64,000 nt of DNA from Candidatus Multivoradales bacterium. GTDB taxonomy: Bacteria > Acidobacteriota > Thermoanaerobaculia > Multivoradales > JAHEKO01. The notes below the pieces were generated by a model. The model had not been told where the DNA came from. It was given only the letters and a program-made list of their open reading frames with translations, and did not search any database. A program made the translations under genes and the position numbers. The stretch is from the NCBI GenBank assembly GCA_965223855.1, contig CBDCXM010000009.1, positions 2,400,001-2,464,000 of the forward strand. The letters are read 5' to 3'. This document shows positions 54,931 through 64,000 of the stretch, piece by piece (positions within the stretch are counted from its first letter, which is position 1; every line of letters begins with the position of its first letter).

Positions 54931-56190
54931 ATGATCTCGATGAAGCCGACAGGAAGACTCCTCGTTTCACTCCTCGTCGCGGCGACCGCTGCCGCCGCCT
55001 CCGAGCCCGCTCCGAGCCTCTTCACGCCGGTGGAAGGCCCCCTGGATCCGTCGTTGGCGAGCGTGGAGAGTCGACGAATCGCCGTCGAAGCAGCACTGCT
55101 GACGCCTGATCTCGACGAGGTGAGACTCGATCTGCCGGGTGTGGGGCCGGTCTTCGCCCGCCTGACGTCGTTCGAGGATCGGGGTGCCGGAGGGGTGACC
55201 TGGAGGGGCGTGCTGGCAGGAGAGGACGGAGGAGGGGTCACCCTCACCTCCCGACGCGGCTTCGTCGCGGGACTGGTGACCGGGCCGGTGGGAGTGTGGG
55301 AGATCCGAACGCTCGCCGACGGAGGGCAGGCGGTGGATCGGATCGACCAGGCGAGGTACCCCGTCTGTGGAACGCCGCAGCCGGCCCAGCCGGTTCCTTT
55401 TCTCGGCGACGTCGATCCCTGTCCTGCTCCGGTCGATCCGGTCGGCCAGGTCGATGTCCTGAGCCTCTACACGCCGCAGGCCCGCGACGCTTCGGGAGGC
55501 GTGCCGCAGATCGAGGCGCTGATCCAGGCGGCGGTCGACAACACCAACACCGCATTCCTCAACTCGGAGATGCCGATCCGCTTCCGTCTCGTCGGCACCG
55601 CGCTCGCCGATCACGACGACAGCGGCAACATCAGTACCGACCTCAACTGGCTGCGGAACGATTCGGAGGCGGCGGCTCTGAGGGACAGCGTTCGAGCGGA
55701 CCTGGTGTCGCTCATCACCCAGGACGGGGGCGGCTTCTGCGGCCTCGGCCAGCTGCCGCTCACCTGGGGGGCGGGGGGCAATCCGAACTCCGTCTTCCAG
55801 GTGACGGCGAGGGGTTGCGCCGTGGGGAATCTCTCCTACGCCCATGAGCACGGTCACAACATGGGGCTCGAGCACAACCCGCAGAACGCCAACCCCCCCG
55901 GGGCGGGCAGCTACCCCTACCGTTTCGGCCACTACGTCAACGGCTCCTACCGGACGGTGATGTCCTACTCGAGCCAGTGCACCAGCGGCTGTACGAGGGT
56001 GACGCAGTGGTCGAACCCCGAAGTCGTCTTCCTCGGCGAGCCGACCGGGCTCGAGGACCAGCGCGACAACCGGCGGGCGTCCGGGCTGACCGACGGTTGT
56101 GTGACCGACTACCGGCTCTCCGACCCGGCGATCTTCTCCGACGGCTTCGAGTCGGGCGACACCTCGGCCTGGTCGACTTCGCTGCCCTGA
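54931..56190 (+). CDS. Secreted reprolysin-like (M12B) zinc metallopeptidase with IFSDGFE tail
   Basis: Signal peptide, prodomain ending in a CG switch-like motif, HEHGHNMGLEH, Met-turn RTVMSY, WSNP. Confidence 0.9.
   Translation: MISMKPTGRLLVSLLVAATAAAASEPAPSLFTPVEGPLDPSLASVESRRIAVEAALLTPDLDEVRLDLPGVGPVFARLTSFEDRGAGGVTWRGVLAGEDGGGVTLTSRRGFVAGLVTGPVGVWEIRTLADGGQAVDRIDQARYPVCGTPQPAQPVPFLGDVDPCPAPVDPVGQVDVLSLYTPQARDASGGVPQIEALIQAAVDNTNTAFLNSEMPIRFRLVGTALADHDDSGNISTDLNWLRNDSEAAALRDSVRADLVSLITQDGGGFCGLGQLPLTWGAGGNPNSVFQVTARGCAVGNLSYAHEHGHNMGLEHNPQNANPPGAGSYPYRFGHYVNGSYRTVMSYSSQCTSGCTRVTQWSNPEVVFLGEPTGLEDQRDNRRASGLTDGCVTDYRLSDPAIFSDGFESGDTSAWSTSLP
56131..56190 (+). repeat. C-terminal tag copy 5: IFSDGFESGDTSAWSTSLP
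   Basis: Direct translation. Confidence 0.9.
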
Positions 56191-56260
56191 ACCTCCGCCG
56201 CTCGGGGCGCCGTTCTGCCAGCGGTTCCGACCGCGGTTCCGCAAGAAAGCGGCCGGCGAC

Positions 56261-56285
56261 GTAATCTTTCCCCGATTGCGCCGTC
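56261..56285 (+). promoter_or_regulatory. Candidate ECF-sigma autoregulatory promoter
   Basis: GTAAT-N16-CGTC ending 11 nt upstream of the sigma ATG, which lacks an SD. Confidence 0.5.
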
Positions 56286-56296
56286 GAACAGACTGT

Positions 56297-56902
56297 ATGG
56301 ACACTCTCGAACCCCGAACGTCCGATTCCTCCGAAGCCGGCGGAGCCAGCCGGGATCCCGGCGCTGGAGGCGAGGCCTCCGCGCCGGCGCGCTCGCTGGC
56401 GGCTCTCTACGAGGAGCACGCCCGCAATGTTCTGGCGGCCGCCTTCCGTGTTACCGGAAGTCGCCAGGATGCGGAAGATGTGCTGCAGACGGTCTTCCTC
56501 AGGCTTTCGCGTCGTTGGGACGGCCTCGAGCTGAGGGACTCCGTCGGCGGCTACCTGCACCGCGCCGCCGTCAACGGTTCGCTCGATCTGCTGCGCTCGC
56601 GTTCGCGAGCCGGCTCGGTGCCCCTCGACGACCTGGTCGTGGAGCTGCCCGAGACCGGCGAAGCGTCGGCCGAGCGGCAGCTCGAGGGACGGGAGTTCCG
56701 TCGCCGGCTGCGACAGGCACTCGTACGGTTGTCGGACAAGGCGGCGAGAGTCTTCGCGTTGCGGTACTTCGAAGGGCTCGGCAACACCGAGATCGCGACG
56801 ATGCTCGGGATGCCGAGGGTCTCGGTCGCGGTGACGCTGCACCGGGCGCGCAAACAACTACAGGTCGAACTGGCGCAGTTCGCTGAAGGTGAGGTCTCAT
56901 GA
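56297..56902 (+). CDS. ECF RNA polymerase sigma factor
   Basis: Region 2 DAEDVLQTVFL...YLHRAAVN; region 4 FALRYFEGLGNTEIATMLG...V..TLHRAR. Confidence 0.95.
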   Translation: MDTLEPRTSDSSEAGGASRDPGAGGEASAPARSLAALYEEHARNVLAAAFRVTGSRQDAEDVLQTVFLRLSRRWDGLELRDSVGGYLHRAAVNGSLDLLRSRSRAGSVPLDDLVVELPETGEASAERQLEGREFRRRLRQALVRLSDKAARVFALRYFEGLGNTEIATMLGMPRVSVAVTLHRARKQLQVELAQFAEGEVS

Positions 56903-59598
56903 TGAACAGGAAGCCGACGATGAAAGAGCAGATGGATCTGGCAGCGAGTCAGATTCGCGCGAGCGAACTCGCGGAAGAGGACGTGCGCGAGATCACCCGA
57001 AGGGTGTGGCAACGGGTCGAGGATGGTTCGGCCGAGACCGTCGAGGCGGCACAGGTCGAGACGATCCGCGGTTGCGACGACTATCAGCGGCTCATCCCCG
57101 CTTTCGTGAACGGCAGCCTCTCGCCTTCCCGGGCGCTGCTGCTCGAGGACCACGCGCGTCAGTGCGTCCCCTGCCGTCGGGCGCTCTCCGGCGCCCGTTC
57201 GGGGGGTGCCGCCTCGGGCGGCCGCTCCGCGGCGAACGATCGGTCCCGGCGAGCGCCTCGAACGCGCTGGCTCGCGGCGGCGGCCGTCGCCGTCGTCGCC
57301 CTCGGCAGCGGGCTGCTGCTCTGGCGTTCCGGTTCGGCCCTGCCCTACGGTGCGATCGTCGAATCGACCGGTGCGGGGCTCTATCGCGCCGCGTCCCTCG
57401 AGCCGGTCGCCGTGGGCGATGAGCTGGCGGTCGGTGAGCGGCTCCGCAGCGGGCCGGGTGAGAGTTCGTTCCTGCGTCTGGCCGACGGTTCGAGAGTCGA
57501 GGTCCGAGGGCGCTCGGAGCTCTCCGTCGAAGCGCGACGTGGCACCACCGTGCGAGTCGAGCGCGGCGACGTGATCGTCGAAGCGGCGCCGCAGGGAGCG
57601 GGGAGGCTCTTCGTGTCGACCGCCGATTGTCTGGTGTCGGTGAAAGGGACGATCTTCGCCGTCAGCCGCGGGACTCGCGGCTCGCAGGTGGCGGTGATCG
57701 AGGGCGAAGTTCAGGTCGATCACGCGGGCCGCGAAGAGGTGCTCTACGCCGGCGATCGCACGGCGACGTACGCCGGTTTTTCGCACGGCCGTTTCGACGA
57801 GGCGTTCGAGTGGAGCCGCAACGTCGACAGCTACCTGGCGCTGCTCAAGGAGGTGACCGAGCTGCGGCAGGCGCTGGCACGCGACCTTCCTCGACCGGAA
57901 CTGCGTTACTCGAGTCGGCTGCTCGATCTGGCGCCCGACGGGATGGCCTTCTACGTCGCCCTGCCGAACTTCGCCGAGACGGTCAGCGAAGCGAACCGCA
58001 TCGTGCAGGAGCGGGTCGCCCAGAGCCCGGTGCTCAACGAGTGGTGGGCTTCGCGGCAGAGCGCCGAGGCGCGCACGCATCTCGCGACGGTCTCCGCCCT
58101 TCTCGCCGAGGTCGGCGGGTACCTCGGCGACGAGATCGTCGTCGCGGCGGCCGCCGGCCCGGAATCAGGGTCGAGCGGGAATCCGATGAAGGAAGGGCCT
58201 CTGGTGCTCGCCGAGCTGGTCGATGCGGCCTCGATGCGGCAGTTCGTCGAGGGGCTGGGCGTCGGTCACGAGGGCGCGGAAGGGGTGGTCTTCCTCGACG
58301 AGGACTCGCTGCTCGAAGAGGGCACGGCGGCGCGGGGCGGGTCCGGTCTCGTGATGTGGCTCGGCGACGACACCCTGATCGCCGCTCCTGATGCCGCAGT
58401 CGTGCGGGCTGCGGTAGCACGAATGGAGTCGACCTCGCGGCCGGTGCCTGAGGGCTTCAAGCGTCATCTGGCGGACGCCTATGCCGAGGGTGCCGAGATT
58501 CTGGTCGGCGCCGACCTTCACGCACTGATGGAGGTCGCCGGTCGCGACATCGGTGAGGAGCGCGAGGCTCTCGACCAGCTCGGATTGCTCGACGCGAGCC
58601 ATCTGATCCTGCAGCAGCGGCGCGTGGGCGAGCGCACGCAGAGCGACGCCGTGCTGGCGTTCGACGGACCCCGTCGTGGCCTGGCGGCGGCGCTTGCCGC
58701 GCCGGCGCCGATGGGCTCGCTCGCCTACGTCTCCCCGGACGCCAAGGTCGCGGCGGCGGCGATCCTCACCAGCCCGGCCGAGCTCTTCGACCGGATGCTG
58801 GCCCTCGCCGCACGAGACTCCGAAGCTGTGGCCGAGCTGCAGCGGATCGAGGCCGAACTCGGCGTCGACCTGCGCGACGACGTCGCGGCGGCGCTGGGAG
58901 GCGAACTGGCGGTCGCGCTCGACGGCCCTCTGCTCCCGGAGCCGGCCTGGAAGGTCGTTGCCGAGGTCTACGATCCCGACAAGCTGGTCTGGGCGCTGCA
59001 GCAGCTCTTGGCGGCAGCCAACGACGAGCGGGCTGCTCGCGGCGAGGAGCCGATCGAGTGGCTCGAGGAGGAGGTCGGTGGCCGTCTCTACCACCGCGTC
59101 GCGGGAGATCGGACGTTCGAGATGACCTTCGACGAGGGATATCTGGTCGCCGGATCGAATCGCGGCGTCATCGAGCGCGCCATCCGCTTCCGGCAGTCGG
59201 GCTACTCGCTGACGACCTCGGCGCGCTTCTCGCGCCTGCTGCCGGCCGGCAGTCAGCCGAACTTCTCGGCTCTCTTCTACCAGGACGCTCTGGAGCTCCT
59301 GAAGCCGCTGGCCGACCGCATCGCCACGGGCGGGCTCACCGACGAGCAGGCTGCGGCGATCGAAGAGCTGCGGCAGAGCACCGAGCCGACGCTGGCCTAC
59401 GCTATCGGTGAAGACGATCGCATCGTGTTCGCCGTCGACGGGGTAGCGGACCTGCTGGCGGCCGGGATTCCGGCCCTTCTGGGATTCGGCGATCTCGGCG
59501 CCTTCGGCGTCGCCCTCGACGATGCCGAGACGGGAGCGAGCACAAGCGTGGAGGCGCGAGCGGGGCAGGGTGGAACCCTGGCTCGTCCGGCGGCGTAG
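56899..59598 (+). CDS. Anti-sigma factor: ZAS zinc finger, TM, FecR domain and large periplasmic domain
   Basis: ATGA coupling; HARQCVPC; TM helix; LADGSRVEV and VKGTIF...VIEGEV (FecR); ~580-aa C-terminal extension (DUF3352-like). Confidence 0.85.
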   Translation: MMNRKPTMKEQMDLAASQIRASELAEEDVREITRRVWQRVEDGSAETVEAAQVETIRGCDDYQRLIPAFVNGSLSPSRALLLEDHARQCVPCRRALSGARSGGAASGGRSAANDRSRRAPRTRWLAAAAVAVVALGSGLLLWRSGSALPYGAIVESTGAGLYRAASLEPVAVGDELAVGERLRSGPGESSFLRLADGSRVEVRGRSELSVEARRGTTVRVERGDVIVEAAPQGAGRLFVSTADCLVSVKGTIFAVSRGTRGSQVAVIEGEVQVDHAGREEVLYAGDRTATYAGFSHGRFDEAFEWSRNVDSYLALLKEVTELRQALARDLPRPELRYSSRLLDLAPDGMAFYVALPNFAETVSEANRIVQERVAQSPVLNEWWASRQSAEARTHLATVSALLAEVGGYLGDEIVVAAAAGPESGSSGNPMKEGPLVLAELVDAASMRQFVEGLGVGHEGAEGVVFLDEDSLLEEGTAARGGSGLVMWLGDDTLIAAPDAAVVRAAVARMESTSRPVPEGFKRHLADAYAEGAEILVGADLHALMEVAGRDIGEEREALDQLGLLDASHLILQQRRVGERTQSDAVLAFDGPRRGLAAALAAPAPMGSLAYVSPDAKVAAAAILTSPAELFDRMLALAARDSEAVAELQRIEAELGVDLRDDVAAALGGELAVALDGPLLPEPAWKVVAEVYDPDKLVWALQQLLAAANDERAARGEEPIEWLEEEVGGRLYHRVAGDRTFEMTFDEGYLVAGSNRGVIERAIRFRQSGYSLTTSARFSRLLPAGSQPNFSALFYQDALELLKPLADRIATGGLTDEQAAAIEELRQSTEPTLAYAIGEDDRIVFAVDGVADLLAAGIPALLGFGDLGAFGVALDDAETGASTSVEARAGQGGTLARPAA

Positions 59599-59605
59599 AG
59601 AAGGC

Positions 59606-60520
59606 ATGGCCCCGGTCCTCGAGCTCGAAGACCTGACCGTCCGGTTCGGTCGCCTGGAGGCGCTGTCGCACCTGAGCGGCAGCTTCTCCGCTCGGGCGTT
59701 GGGACTCCTCGGTCCAAACGGGGCCGGCAAGACGACGCTGATTCACACCCTGCTCGGCTTCCACTCCCCGGCCGGCGGCTCGGCGAAGCTGCTCGGGCAC
59801 GATGTCGCGACACAGGCACACCGGACCCGGTCGCTCATCGGCTACATGCCGGAGCGCGACAGCTTCATCGAGGGGATGAGTGCCGTTCGCCTGGTGAGGA
59901 TGATGGGGGAGCTCTCCGGCCTGCCGAGGGCCGCGGCGCTCGAGCGGGCCCACGAGGCGCTCTACTGCGTCGGCCTCGGGGAAGCTCGTTATCGCAACCT
60001 CGAAACCTATTCGCTCGGCATGAAGCAACGCGCGAAGCTGGCGCAGGCGATGGTTCACGGCCCGCGGCTGCTGTTTCTCGACGAGCCGACGAACGGCCTC
60101 GACCCGCCGGCGCGCGAGCAGATGGTGCGGCTGATTCGCGAGATCCGCGACAGTGGGGACGTGAGGATCGTCCTGTCGTCGCACCTGCTGCGGGACGTCG
60201 AAGAGTGCTGTGACGAGGTGCTGATCCTCAAGCAGGGACGGGTCGCCCACCACTGCAGTCTGGAGGCCGAGCGGCGCGAGAACCGCAAGTTCCTGCAGGT
60301 CCAGATCCGCGGAGACCGGGAGAGCTTCGTCGAGCGATTGACCGGCCTCGGATGCGAGTGTGCGATCGACGACAAGCAGCGGATCCGGCTGGTACTGCCG
60401 CCGCAGGTCGAGGTGCGAGCGCTCTATGAGACCGCCGGCTCGATCGGGGCGCAGATCCGTCACCTCGACTACAAGCGCGACTCGCTGCAGGACATTTTCC
60501 TGCAGGCGATGGAGAACTGA
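59606..60520 (+). CDS. ABC transporter ATP-binding protein
   Basis: [28 protein letters not shown]. Confidence 0.95.
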   Translation: MAPVLELEDLTVRFGRLEALSHLSGSFSARALGLLGPNGAGKTTLIHTLLGFHSPAGGSAKLLGHDVATQAHRTRSLIGYMPERDSFIEGMSAVRLVRMMGELSGLPRAAALERAHEALYCVGLGEARYRNLETYSLGMKQRAKLAQAMVHGPRLLFLDEPTNGLDPPAREQMVRLIREIRDSGDVRIVLSSHLLRDVEECCDEVLILKQGRVAHHCSLEAERRENRKFLQVQIRGDRESFVERLTGLGCECAIDDKQRIRLVLPPQVEVRALYETAGSIGAQIRHLDYKRDSLQDIFLQAMEN

Positions 60521-61403
60521 TGGCGGTGTACCAGCGAAGCTTCGAGCCCTGGAAGGGACCGCAGACTGCGGCGCGCTGGCGCTTTCTCGTGCCGGCTCGC
60601 TACGCTCTCGAGGATCTCTTCCGGTCGAAGCTCTTCCTCGTCTTCTTCACGTTCTGTTTCGTCCTTCCGCTGCTGGCTACGGCGGCGATCTACCTGCGGC
60701 ACAACACCGACTTCGTGGCGTTCCTGACCGCCGGCGGTGAGAACGTCGACGAGTGGATACCGATCGACGAGCTGTTCTTCGGCTTCTTCATGCGCGTCCA
60801 GGGGACGCTCGCCTTCCTGCTCGTCGTCTTCTCGGGGCCGCGGCTGGTGTCGCGCGACCTCGCGAACAACGGTCTCGCGCTCTATCTGTGCCGGCCGTTC
60901 AGCAAGACGCAGTATGTCGCCGCCAAGGCGACGGTGATCGCCGTTCTGCTCTCCGCGATCACCTGGATCCCGGGGCTCCTTCTCTGGGGCCTTCAGGTCG
61001 CCCTGGAAGGGTTCGGCTGGGCGGGCGAACACTGGCGCTCGGCGGTCGCGCTGGTGGTCGGCTCCTGGACCTGGATCGCGGTGCTGGCGCTGCTGTCGCT
61101 GGCGATCTCGGCGTGGGTGAAGTGGCGGCCTGTGGCAGGTTTCGTGCTGCTGCTGATCTACTTCGGCGGCTTCTTCTTCGCCCAGATCGTCTCCGCGCTC
61201 TTCCACACCGACGTGGGGCACCTGCTCGATCTGCATCACAACATCCGACGCGTCTGGACACAGCTCTTCGACACCTCCGCCCCGTTCTTCTTCACTCTCC
61301 CCGCCGGGGTGTCACCGGGCGCGGCCTGGGCGGCGCTCTTCGCGTTGGTGCTGGTAGCGACCTGGATGCTGGCGCGACGGATCCGCGCCTACGAGGTGGT
61401 GTC

Positions 61404-61407
<4 letters not shown>
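60520..61407 (+). CDS. ABC-2-type permease
   Basis: About 6 TM helices; [18 protein letters not shown]...YVAAK; TGATG coupling. Confidence 0.88.
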
Positions 61408-62401
<994 letters not shown>

Positions 62402-62405
<4 letters not shown>

Positions 62406-63232
62406 ACGCGAGCGCGACCGACTGGCGGCTCACGGCGAGGCAGCTATGGGGAACCTGCCGACTCGACCTGCGGCGGGCGCTGCTCTCACCCCGCTCGCTG
62501 GCGCTCTATCTCCTCGCCTTCGCCCCCGTGATGCTGGTGACGATCTGGGCGCTCCTTCCGTTCCCGGTGGAGGAGTTCTCGGGCCCGGCAGAGGGGGTGA
62601 AGGTCTTCACGGCGCTGTTCGAGTTCTACATCCGCGTGTCGATCTTCTTCAGCACTCTCTTCCTGTTCGTGAGCCTCTACCGATCGGAGATCCTCGAGCG
62701 GAGCCTCCACTACTACCTGCTCACGCCGGCGCGCCGCGAAGTGGTGGCGCTGGGCAAGTATCTGGCCGCCTGGATCGCCACCGCCGGCGTCTTCATGGTC
62801 AGCACGACGGTGATGTTCGTCCTCGTCGCTTCGCCGTGGGGGCCCGCCGCGCTCGGCAACTATCTCTTCTCCGGGCCCGGTCTCGTCAACCTGCTGGGCT
62901 ACCTCGGGGTCGTCGTTCTCGCCTGCGCCGGTTACGGAGCGCTCTTCCTCCTGGTCGGGACGCTCTTCCGAAACCCGGTGATCCCCGCGGCTCTCATCTG
63001 GGGGTGGGAAGCGATCAATCTGGCTCTGCCGCCGGTTCTCAAGCCGTTCAGCGTCATTCATCACCTGCAGTCGCTCTACCCGATTCCGGTGGCCCGGCCG
63101 GTCCTCGAGGTCGTCGTCTCTCCCGCGCCCGCCTGGCTCGCGGTGGTGGGCGCCATCGGCTTCACCGCGCTCGTCCTCTTTCTCGCCTCCTGGAAGGTGA
63201 GACGGATGGACCTGGCCTACGGCGGAGAGTAG
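62402..63232 (+). CDS. ABC-2-type permease
   Basis: About 6 TM helices; [18 protein letters not shown]...LGKY. Confidence 0.88.
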
Positions 63233-63249
63233 GCAGGCTGGGAGCGGCG

Positions 63250-63999
63250 TCAGCGCGCGTCAGGGCAGTCCGTCACCCAGTGCTCGGCGCCGAGCACGAG
63301 GTCCTGCCCGTCGAAGAACTCCTCGACCAGGTCACCGCTCTCGTAGCGGTTGCAGCAGAACTCCGACGGCGCAGGCGGTGCCGCAGCGTTGGCGATCAGC
63401 ATGTGCTGGCCGCTCGCCTCGAAGGCGGGGGAGAAGACGTTGTTGCGAATGGTGCAACGGGTCGCCTGACCGCCGCAGCGCAGGGTGTAGTGCCCCCACC
63501 GTTCGAAGTAGTTGTCTTCGATCAGGAGATCGACCTCGGAGTGGTTGGTGCCGAAGACGATGTCTGTGCGGCCGATGTCGGGGTTGTCGGGGTCGATGTA
63601 GTTGCCGCGTATCCGGACGTGGCCGCCGGCGAAGGTCGCCTCGCCGATCTGGAAGCCGTCGGCGTGCGAGGACGGCGTGCCGACCAGGGTGTGCATGTAG
63701 TTCTCCGAGATGACGACGCCGGAGAGGTCTCCCTGAATGAAGAAGAAGTCCTCGCAGCCGACGATTTCGTTGCGGTGGACCTGCGCCCGAGGTGCGCCGC
63801 TCTCGAAGTAGAACGCCTTGCTGGTCGAGGAGCAGTCGATGCGGCTGTACTCGAGTACGAAGTCGCGACTCCCCCCTTCCACCTTGATCGGGTAGAGGCC
63901 GCCGCAGTCGATCTCCGTGTTGCGGATCACGACATCGTCGGCCGCGATCCGCAGACAGCCGTCGACGACGACGTTCTCGATCAGGGTCGGCGCGGTGAT
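63250..63999 (-). CDS. Right-handed parallel beta-helix protein (5' partial)
   Basis: Frame open to the window edge (ITAPTLIENVVVDGCLRIAADDVVIRN...); repeated I.xN strands; SHADGFQ motif. Confidence 0.8.
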   Translation of the reverse strand: MTAPTLIENVVVDGCLRIAADDVVIRNTEIDCGGLYPIKVEGGSRDFVLEYSRIDCSSTSKAFYFESGAPRAQVHRNEIVGCEDFFFIQGDLSGVVISENYMHTLVGTPSSHADGFQIGEATFAGGHVRIRGNYIDPDNPDIGRTDIVFGTNHSEVDLLIEDNYFERWGHYTLRCGGQATRCTIRNNVFSPAFEASGQHMLIANAAAPPAPSEFCCNRYESGDLVEEFFDGQDLVLGAEHWVTDCPDAR

Positions 64000-64000
64000 C

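Noticed and set aside
52591-56190. The tag-encoding DNA repeats as a mobile element, REP or CRISPR repeat
   Set aside because: Copies are in frame at gene ends and vary mostly at synonymous or tolerated positions, indicating protein-level selection.

Overview
High-GC, gene-dense bacterial chromosome segment with about 45 CDSs. No rRNA, tRNA, CRISPR array or mobile element was recognised. The gene repertoire is diderm (Skp, FadL-like and OmpA-like barrels, a TonB-dependent receptor), rich in secreted enzymes, and suggests Acidobacteriota, possibly Thermoanaerobaculia (inference). Three observations stand out. (1) A closely coupled operon at 37557-43047 encodes an ATP/ADP-translocase-like (NTT) HEAT protein, a stand-alone cNMP-binding protein and a signal-peptide-bearing phosphatase-kinase fusion, which together suggest a periplasmic phosphorylation system with its own ATP supply. 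(2) A C-terminal tag IFxDGFE(S/T/A)G(D/T)(T/V)SxW is shared by five unrelated secreted proteins and is a candidate sorting or anchoring signal. (3) An operon at 15992-21640 encodes a FadL-like barrel, a periplasmic TPR-TM-STAND ATPase and a STAND ATPase-Ser/Thr kinase, suggesting trans-envelope NLR-like signalling. Also present are a surface-glycan tailoring locus (GT2, DUF2304-like protein, deacetylase, carbamoyltransferase, GT-C-like protein), an ECF sigma/ZAS-FecR anti-sigma/double ABC operon, an orphan nuclease-toxin-like gene, a secreted caspase-FGE fusion, a candidate CGNR operator and a CRP-like box. All family assignments come from motif recognition by eye; no database search was run.
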